DNA from: Ectothiorhodospiraceae bacterium
GTDB lineage: Bacteria > Pseudomonadota > Gammaproteobacteria > GCA-002705445 > GCA-002716945
Direction: 5' to 3'
Assembly (NCBI GenBank): GCA_019651095.1
Contig: BOXR01000005.1
Location: forward strand, 4,992-68,991
Length of the DNA stretch: 64,000 nt
The notes under the pieces: generated by a model
Databases searched by the model: none
Seen by the model: only the letters and a program-made list of their open reading frames with translations
Told to the model about the DNA's origin: nothing
Position numbers and translations under genes: made by a program
Shown here: positions 56,939 through 64,000 of the stretch, piece by piece
Layout: the number at the start of each line of letters is the position of its first letter
Numbering within the stretch: the stretch's first letter is position 1

Positions 56939-57363
56939 TTGACATTAATATATTATAATACCTGCATGGAAGACAAATACGAGAGTATATATAGAGACTT
57001 AAATGTAACCCCTACAAAACAGAGGGTAGATTTAGCCCAGCTGATATTTTCAAAGAAACAGCATTTTACTGCCAGTGACCTTATAGCAATGGCTGACAAA
57101 AAGAAATTGCATATTTCTATGGCAACAATATATAATACGCTATCTTTATTGGAGGATAAAGGAATGTTAAAGACAATAAATATAGATAATGAATTGAAGT
57201 TCTATGATACTAATCTAGATAATCACCATCATCTTTACAATACAACCATGAGCACTTGACTGATATTGATCATGATAAGATTGTTTTTGCAGAACTCCCA
57301 GAGTTACCAAAAACTCTCCAAATCGAGAGCACAGAGGTATTAATTAAGGCAAAGAATAGATAA
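56939..57363 (+). pseudogene. Fur-family transcriptional regulator with a frameshift before the C-terminal dimerisation region.
   Basis: N-terminal winged helix 'TPTKQRVDLAQLIF...ISMATIYNTLSLLEDKGML' then 'HHHLYNTTMST*'. The C-terminus continues in another frame as 'HEHLTDIDHDKIVFAELPE...'. Confidence 0.55.
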
Positions 57364-57433
57364 TAACTTAATTTGTCTCAAGATCGCCCTTCCAAGCTTT
57401 TTTTAACAGACTCGTCCAGTACGATTTCCTTGT

Positions 57434-57808
57434 TTACTCTGGGTGATCAACGCCTATTCTCACTTCAGAACTTGAAATGAAATCAGCTATGTCATCTTGC
57501 TCAAGCTGAAAACGTAAGAAATGAACTGCAGATGTTTTCTCGTCGGTGCTCCTGTCTAAATCTTCATCTGCATAAGCTATAATTTTTTTATCACCAGAAG
57601 ATAACCAAATTTTATTTTCTATATCATGGAGCTTGAACAACATCTCTCTTCTCACTTCAACATCAGGAAACATTATCAACATTGTTGCTTTAAGATTTGT
57701 CCCATCAGGTATAAGGGGGTTATATGCATCGATCTCTTCTTGAATTTCCTTCTTATTGAAAATTTTTTCTATCCTCAGCATTTCCTGTACTTGATATTTG
57801 ATAGTCAT
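57434..57808 (-). CDS. DUF3501-family protein.
   Basis: 124 aa. Sequence and position immediately downstream of a CCG-domain Fe-S protein and rubrerythrin, a commonly seen module. Confidence 0.5.
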   Translation of the reverse strand: MTIKYQVQEMLRIEKIFNKKEIQEEIDAYNPLIPDGTNLKATMLIMFPDVEVRREMLFKLHDIENKIWLSSGDKKIIAYADEDLDRSTDEKTSAVHFLRFQLEQDDIADFISSSEVRIGVDHPE

Positions 57809-57944
57809 ATAATCTTCAAATATAAGAACAATATTATCACCAATATTGATTGTCCTGTTTTTTTTATGACTAATTAATTCTTTTTTATTGAGTCTCTCTT
57901 AGAATCATATTCTTCAAGTGAGAGAAGGTCTTTAGGCTCTAATT

Positions 57945-59272
57945 TCATGCTCTTATTCCATACGCTTTCTTAATTAAACTGATCGGATGCTCAGGCTCTT
58001 GTATGTTCCCTAGTGAATTTTCAATATGATGAGCGGCCAATGAGCAGTCACTTGTAAAACTATCAAAATTGGCATCTTTAAATGACTTGGTTATAGGTCT
58101 AGCAATTTTGATAGCAATATCATGTGTTTCTAGCTTTACTCCGTATGTTCCATCATGACCAGAACACCTTTCGATTGCATTGACGGTAGTACCAGGAACT
58201 AGTTCAAGAATTTTTTTTGTTAGCATGCCAAAGTTTTGTACTCTCTGATGGCATGCAACTTGATACGATATGTTGCCAAGCTCTGTATTAAAATCTGTTT
58301 TCAATATACCCTCATCATTCAACATATTTAAAAATTCAAAGGGATCTCTAAATGATTTGGAGACTTTCAATAAATCTTGATTATCAGGGAAAAGAAGTGG
58401 CAGCTCTTGTTTATACATCAAAACGCACGATGGAATTGGCGCAATAATCAGATATCCTAGATCAGTGAATTTTTGAATTTAGGCAGGTTCTTTTCCATCA
58501 TCTTACCAACTTCCTCGATGTTTCCTAATTCTAACTTTGGCATCCCGCAACAGTTGTCGTCGGTTATCATTTCAACAGTTACATCATTATGTTTTAGAAT
58601 ATCATAGAAGTCTTTGATCACTCCGGGCTCGTTAAAGTTATGATAGCAAGTAGTAAAAATTGCTACCTTGAATTTTGAAGTATTAGATTGATTGGTTAAG
58701 TTGAGCTGTTTCGCAGTTTTTGATACAAATTTAGGCAACTTTGCGTTTCTATGGACTCCAAACTTCTCCAAAAGTTTTCTGAAAACTTTATTATTGTTAA
58801 AGAAATTTACAAATCCAGAGACAAAATACCTAGAGAACATTTTGCCTAGCATATCTGTAGAGGCAAGAACTTTGTCACGAAAAGATATTTTTTTCTTTGA
58901 ATTTTTAATTGCCTTACCTCTTAGCATTAGGTGAGGAAAATCAATCTCCCATTCATGTGGTGGAACATATGGACACTTTGTCATGAAACATAAGTCACAC
59001 AAATAGCAATGATCTACAACTGAATCGAAGTCAGTATATGAGACTCCGTCAACTTCAAAAGTTTCAGATTCATCAATGAGATCAAATAAAGTAGGGAATG
59101 AATTACATAAACTCACACATCTCCTGCAACCATGACAAGCGTCTGCGACTCGTCGTAGCTCTTCCTCATATTTCTCTTCATTTAAGAAATCGGGGTTTTT
59201 CCAATCTATAATATGTCTGGTTGGTTTTTCAAGCCCACCTTCCATGCTGGGTTTTAAATTTGCGTTGTCCAT
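57945..59272 (-). pseudogene. Heterodisulfide-reductase-related Fe-S protein (2x4Fe-4S ferredoxin motifs plus two CCG cysteine-rich domains), split into two ORFs near 58440.
   Basis: 'CHGCRRCVSLC' and 'CYLCDLCFMTKCP' ferredoxin motifs. 'TTCYHNF...DDNCCGMP' and 'VACHQR...ERCSGHDG' CCG domains. 58457..59272 and 57945..58421 are collinear but not in one frame. Confidence 0.6.
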
Positions 59273-59296
59273 ATTTCCCTGTTTTTTAGTTAAATC

Positions 59297-59323
59297 CTAG
59301 TGGGTAAATAAATTACCCACTAG
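59297..59323. promoter_or_regulatory. Perfect palindrome CTAGTGGGTAA-ataaa-TTACCCACTAG between rubrerythrin and the Fe-S gene.
   Basis: Perfect 11-bp inverted repeat with a 5-nt spacer, 13 bp after the rubrerythrin stop and ~25 bp before the next start. No U-tract in the minus-strand (transcribed) orientation. Confidence 0.5.
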
Positions 59324-59335
59324 ATAGATATTTTT

Positions 59336-59767
59336 TTATGAGATTGATTCTAGCGCTTTAGTAAAGCGGTTAGCATGTGATCTCTCAGCTTTTGCAAGAG
59401 TCTCGAACCAATCAGCGATCTCATCATGACCTTCATCTCTTGCTGTTTTTGCCATTCCAGGGTACATATCTGTGTACTCGTGTGTTTCCCCAGCAATAGC
59501 TGCTTTTAAGTTTGAGACACTATCTCCGATAGGCTCTCCTGTAGCAGGATCTCCACATTCTTTTTCAAGATACTCTAAATGACCATGAGCATGACCTGTT
59601 TCGCCTTCAGCGGTTGAGCGAAAAACGGTAGCTATATCATTTTGACCCTCTACATCAGCCTTAGCTGCAAAGTAAAGGTATCTTCTATTTGCTTGGGATT
59701 CCCCAGCAAATGCGTCTTTTAAGTTTTGTTCTGTTTTTGAACCTTTTAAACTCATTATAGTCTCCAA
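59336..59767 (-). CDS. Rubrerythrin-family diiron protein (ferritin-like domain only).
   Basis: Paired 'E..EAGETGHAHGH' and 'E..H' diiron ligand motifs. 143 aa. No rubredoxin domain. Confidence 0.8.
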   Translation of the reverse strand: METIMSLKGSKTEQNLKDAFAGESQANRRYLYFAAKADVEGQNDIATVFRSTAEGETGHAHGHLEYLEKECGDPATGEPIGDSVSNLKAAIAGETHEYTDMYPGMAKTARDEGHDEIADWFETLAKAERSHANRFTKALESIS

Positions 59768-59872
59768 TATGATTATTTAGAATGATTCTAAATTTATCCA
59801 TTATATATGTCAAATATTTTCTGCTATGATATTTAAGATGATAATGATTCTTGTTATCTTTGAGATGAGATT

Positions 59873-60886
59873 TTGAACAGACTATTATTTCAATTCTATA
59901 AAAAAATAGCATTTAAAGTTGATCCAGAAAAAGCTCATGATATATCGCTCTCTTTTCTTGAGTTTATCTACAAAAGCTTTCTTGGAAAGATATTTCATAA
60001 AAGATTTGTAAAAAATGGTATCAAACAATTTGATGTTCTTTTCGATAACCCTGTGGGACTAGCTGCGGGGTTTGACAAAAATGCTGACTATCTTAATTTT
60101 ATCACAAATATTGGATTTGGTTTTGTTGAAGTTGGTACCTTAACTCCAAAGGCCCAAGCTGGGAACCCAAAGCCAAGAGTTTTTAGATTAGCCAAGGATG
60201 AGGCGATAATTAATCATCTCGGTTTTAATAATAAGGGTATTGACTATGGAATTTCTCGCATAAAAGAATTTAATAGAAATATACCCATAGGTGTCAATAT
60301 AGGTAAAAATGCCTCGACAGATGTAAAAGATGCCTTTCGTGATTATGAGTATTGTCTGAGAAAAGCTTATTCAGTAGCAGACTATATCACGTTAAATATT
60401 TCCTCTCCCAATACAGAGAATTTGAGAGACCTACAGAAAGGAGAAAAGATAAGTAGCTTCCTACATTCCATTAAAACACTTCACGACAATTTAAAAAAAG
60501 TTTATAAAAAACATACACCACTAGTTGTTAAAATTGCTCCTGATGTGACTGATGAAATAATTTTTGATTTATCAAATCTAGTAAATGAGTATGATATAGA
60601 TGGAGTGATATGTACTAACACAACAATAGATAAATCTTGTCTGAGTGATCAATTTAAGGCTTTACAAGGTGGTTTAAGTGGTAAACCCCTTTTCCAAAAA
60701 TCAAATGATGTGCTCACTAAAATTTCTAATGTTCTGGGTAAAGAGAGGACGATCATTGGTGTAGGTGGTATCGATTCATATGAATCAGCAAATGAGAAAT
60801 TTAGATTAGGTGCAAATTTGCTTCAGCTTTATACAGGTCTTGTATACAAAGGGCCAAAAGTTATCGAGGATATATTACGATACTAG
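59873..60886 (+). CDS. pyrD: Dihydroorotate dehydrogenase (quinone), class 2.
   Basis: 'GFGFVEVGTLTP', 'NISSPNT', 'GVGGIDS'. 337 aa with an N-terminal membrane-association helix. Confidence 0.9.
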   Translation: MNRLLFQFYKKIAFKVDPEKAHDISLSFLEFIYKSFLGKIFHKRFVKNGIKQFDVLFDNPVGLAAGFDKNADYLNFITNIGFGFVEVGTLTPKAQAGNPKPRVFRLAKDEAIINHLGFNNKGIDYGISRIKEFNRNIPIGVNIGKNASTDVKDAFRDYEYCLRKAYSVADYITLNISSPNTENLRDLQKGEKISSFLHSIKTLHDNLKKVYKKHTPLVVKIAPDVTDEIIFDLSNLVNEYDIDGVICTNTTIDKSCLSDQFKALQGGLSGKPLFQKSNDVLTKISNVLGKERTIIGVGGIDSYESANEKFRLGANLLQLYTGLVYKGPKVIEDILRY

Positions 60887-61179
60887 TTTGATTCAGGCTT
60901 CCAAGTGCCGTATGCTTCTTCAGCATTTTGTGGTGCTTTTTGGGCTTCACCTTCGAGAGCACTTGTTTGTTGATCATAAACATATTGAGTAAACTCAATG
61001 AGCTGTTTCAAGATATCGTCTTTATCTTTTTTGGGGATTTCGGCAGTTGCTACTATTGAGCCAACTACCGCAGATAAATACTGAGATGCAAGAATTGGAT
61101 CTTCATTTTTTGGCTCATAATCAACAAGAACTTTTTGTAAGCCTTTGAGTAATTCTGGTTTTAGTACGATTTCAGTCAT
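60883..61179 (-). CDS. Hypothetical small protein.
   Basis: 98 aa, acidic. No secure motif. Confidence 0.3.
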   Translation of the reverse strand: MTEIVLKPELLKGLQKVLVDYEPKNEDPILASQYLSAVVGSIVATAEIPKKDKDDILKQLIEFTQYVYDQQTSALEGEAQKAPQNAEEAYGTWKPESN

Positions 61180-61214
61180 AAATATTCACACAAGTTATAT
61201 TATAATATGTATGT

Positions 61215-61910
61215 ATGCAAGATAAATCTACTCTATCAGTAAAAACCTTCGATGTTGGCCCTATGCTAAATATTGTTTATCTTATTTGGGACAACACTAC
61301 AAAAGATGCGGCTATAGTAGATCCCGCCTGGGATTTGACAGAAGTGCTAAATTTTACGACACAAAATGGATTAAAATTGAGAAAAATTCTTTTAACTCAC
61401 AGTCATCATGATCACGTCAATTCTATAGATACACTACTAGAAAAATATGACTTACCAATCTACATTAATAAATTTGAGGCAAGTTTTTGGAAGAAGAAAT
61501 ATGATAATTTAATAATAACTGGCTCCAATGACACCTTTTCTCTTGGAAAATCTTCTGTATCAACAATTCACACACCTGGGCACACTCCTGGCTCTTGCTG
61601 TTACTTATTTGATAAAAACCTCATTGCAGGAGATACATTGTTTGTTTTCGGATGTGGAAGATGTGATCTTCACGGAGGAAACCCTGAAGAAATGTACAAT
61701 TCATTGAAAAACTTAAAGAATAACCTCGACCAAAATACAATTATAATGCCTGGGCATAACTACTCAATAAAAAGACAGTCAACTATCGGAGAGGAGATCA
61801 CTGGTAATCCATTTTTCAGTTTTGATAATTTAAAGGATTTTGTTCAATACAGAATGCATGATCATGATAAAACTAGACAGGAGCCATACGCTCCAATTAC
61901 TCATGGCTAA
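61215..61910 (+). CDS. MBL-fold metallo-hydrolase (glyoxalase II-like).
   Basis: 'HSHHDH', 'PGHTPGS', 'GDTLF', 'GCGR' motifs. 231 aa. Confidence 0.75.
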   Translation: MQDKSTLSVKTFDVGPMLNIVYLIWDNTTKDAAIVDPAWDLTEVLNFTTQNGLKLRKILLTHSHHDHVNSIDTLLEKYDLPIYINKFEASFWKKKYDNLIITGSNDTFSLGKSSVSTIHTPGHTPGSCCYLFDKNLIAGDTLFVFGCGRCDLHGGNPEEMYNSLKNLKNNLDQNTIIMPGHNYSIKRQSTIGEEITGNPFFSFDNLKDFVQYRMHDHDKTRQEPYAPITHG

Positions 61911-61911
61911 A

Positions 61912-62382
61912 TTATTTCAGATTGTATCTTAGTTTCTGTATCAATTTCCTAACCAATACTTTATCGATCGCATTATTTGTGATTTTTTCTTGTTCGCTCG
62001 TAATTTGCATGCGTGATTCATTAAAATCATAGGAACCAGAGGCTTTCAAAGTCCCTGTCACGCTATTATTTTCTGAGCTTATGATTTCATAGTCTAATGA
62101 TTTGCTAATTTCATATTCATCTACTCTCCCTGAAGAATTTACAGAAAGCTGTCTCTTTCGACTTGATATAGAATTAATTTTAACTACAGGATATGTATTG
62201 TAATCTTGAATCTGTAAGATCACTGATGAACCAAGTTTTTGTGAGAGCATATTTGAAATCGATGTATGGCCGTTAGAAATAATTATTATGTTTTCTAAAC
62301 CATCAACATTCATTGATCCCCTAAGTTGATAACCGCATGATGATATCATCGTCATAATTACAAAAAGATAAAGAATTCTCAT
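61912..62382 (-). CDS. lptE: LPS-assembly lipoprotein LptE.
   Basis: Lipobox 'ISSCGYQLRG'. 156 aa. Immediately downstream of leuS. Confidence 0.75.
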   Translation of the reverse strand: MRILYLFVIMTMISSCGYQLRGSMNVDGLENIIIISNGHTSISNMLSQKLGSSVILQIQDYNTYPVVKINSISSRKRQLSVNSSGRVDEYEISKSLDYEIISSENNSVTGTLKASGSYDFNESRMQITSEQEKITNNAIDKVLVRKLIQKLRYNLK

Positions 62383-64000
62383 TTGATCACAAAGTTTATA
62401 AGCTTATTAGGTACATAAATAGTCTTTAGGATATCAGATTCAGCTAGGTACTGTTTTGTTTTTTGATCTTCTAGTGCAATTTTCAAAACTTCCTCCTCAT
62501 TGAGATCAGATTTTGCATATATTCTGCTCCTGAGTTTACCATTAATTTGTACTATTATTTGAACTTCTTGATCAACATCTACTCCCTCAATTTTATCTGG
62601 CCATTCAGGGTTACTAGCTTTTTCGGCTTTTATTTCAGACAAAATAGTAAAACAGATATGTGGAGTAATAGGATATAGCAATTTAGCCATAGTAGAGATA
62701 CATATTTTCGCGGATTCATGCGATATTGACTTATCATCAATAGATCTAGACAAACTATTGAAAAACTCCATTACAGCAGCTATGGCTGTGTTATATGATT
62801 TTCTTTTGAAAAGATCTGTTGAGACTTTATCAATTGTCTCATTATGTTTAATTAAGATTTTATTATCTTTATCTTTTGGAACATCGTAGGAATTACGTAT
62901 CAGGTATGAAAGCTTCCAAAATCTTTTTAAAAATTTATAGCCTCCCTCAATTGCTGAGTCAGACCATTCGAGGTTTTGTTCAGGAGGAGCTGCAAATAGA
63001 ATGAAAAGTCTTATTGTATCGGCACCATATTTTTTTATTATATCGTCTGGATCAATCGTATTGCCTTTTGATTTTGACATTTTTGCTCCATCTTTAAGTA
63101 CCATCCCTTGTGACAGTAGAGATACGAAGGGCTCATCATCATCTACTAAACCTTCATCTCTTAAAAGTTTATAAAAGAACCTTGCATACAACAGATGTAA
63201 TATTGCATGCTCTATACCACCTATATATTGATCAACAGGTAGCCATGATTTGAACTTTTTGTTAAACATTTCTTTTTCATTATGCGGATCAAGAAATCTT
63301 AAGAAATACCAAGATGATTCAAAGAATGTATCAAATGTATCAGTCTCTCTTACAGCTTTTTTGCCTGTTAGAGGACAAGTAATATTTTTCCATTCATTAT
63401 TTCTATCTAACGGGTTTCCTTCACCATCTAATTTAATGTCTTTGGGTAACTTTACGGGTAGATCTTTCTCTGGAATAGGATAAACTGTGCCATCCTCATG
63501 ATAATATACAGGTATAGGACACCCCCAATATCTTTGTCTAGATATACCCCAATCTCTAAGCCTATATGTGACTACCTCCTCCCCGAGGTTATTATTCTGA
63601 AAAATTTGTTATCTTTTCTTTAGCAATATCTGATTGTAAACCGTTAAATTGAGAAGAATTAATAAGGATGCCTTTTTTCGACATTGGGAAGATTGTTCAG
63701 TCTTTTTGTCGTCAATTACTTTGATAATTTCAAAATCGAATTTTTTCGCAAAATCAAAATCTCGAGGGTCATGCGCGGGACACCCATTACAACACCTGTA
63801 CCGTAATTATCAAGAACATAGTTGGCAATCCATATCGGAATTTTTTTTGAGTAATTGATGTAAACAATATTTACCTGTGAATACGCCGTCTTTCTCCACT
63901 TTAGCAGAAGTTTCTTCAGAAAGTTTTTGTTTTTGATACTTAGTTATGAACTTTTTAATACTTTTATCTTTTTGTGATAGGTCTGTAGCTAGATCATGAT
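62379..64000 (-). CDS. leuS: Leucyl-tRNA synthetase, C-terminal ~540 codons. It continues past the window edge. One frameshift at a homopolymer at ~63597-63605.
   Basis: 'WLPVDQYIGGIEHAILHLLY', 'KMSKSKGN'. Upstream of 63269 the frame stays open ('LRDWGISRQRYWGCPIPV...TDTFDTFFESSWY') until a stop, and 'LINSSQFNGLQSDIAKEKITNF' continues in another frame. The two frames are reconciled by removing one A from the A5 run. Confidence 0.85.

Noticed and set aside
59297-59337. Classical Rho-independent terminator for rubrerythrin
   Set aside because: The T-run is on the non-transcribed orientation relative to the minus-strand gene. The transcribed orientation lacks a U-tract. It is treated as an operator or processing stem instead.
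63250-63858. Plus-strand ORFs of 77 and 69 aa
   Set aside because: They are antisense to leuS, whose minus-strand frame is open through this region apart from one homopolymer shift.
1-64000. CRISPR arrays, tRNA genes, insertion sequences, integrases, phage or defence-system genes
   Set aside because: No direct-repeat/spacer periodicity was seen. There are no cloverleaf-like GC-rich 75-nt islands in the intergenic regions. No transposase, integrase or nuclease-helicase ORFs were found among the translated products.

Overview
This is an AT-rich chromosomal segment from a gammaproteobacterium-like genome. Markers pointing that way: Pseudomonas-type NrdAB with N-terminal extensions, long-form PstC/PstA, yhdP–CN-hydrolase–tldD–pmbA synteny, ampD-ampE, and leuS-lptE…holA-proA-nadD-rsfS. 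Most genes are ordinary housekeeping genes. No rRNA, tRNA, CRISPR arrays, transposases or phage genes are evident.

The dominant signal is an extraordinary density of genes interrupted by one or more frameshifts, at least 20 loci. Affected genes are ptsI, a porin paralog, asnB, a SAM-methyltransferase, mpl, mtkA/sucC, an ABC ATPase, btuB, the nrdA ATP-cone, the nrdB N-extension, mgtE, pstC, pstA, an AGCS transporter, a 3-hydroxyacid dehydrogenase, a fur-family gene, a CCG Fe-S protein and leuS. The long ORFs yhdP (992 aa), the nrdA core (841 aa), ilvD and tldD stay intact. The first ~5.4 kb is almost ORF-free and looks like the wreck of a PTS locus (EIIA-like/HPr/EI). This fits either real genome erosion in a host-restricted or streamlined lineage, or indel-type sequencing error; both readings are laid out under findings.

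Further notable content:
- an L-malyl-CoA lyase plus malate-thiokinase (mcl-mtkAB) module
- a cobalamin riboswitch in front of a shattered btuB
- a NrdR box upstream of nrdAB
- a Pho island with the order phoR-pstS-aqp-pstC-pstA-pstB-phoU-phoB-arsC-porin, carrying Pho-box-like repeats
- a rubrerythrin / CCG-domain Fe-S protein / DUF3501 module with a perfect intercistronic palindrome.
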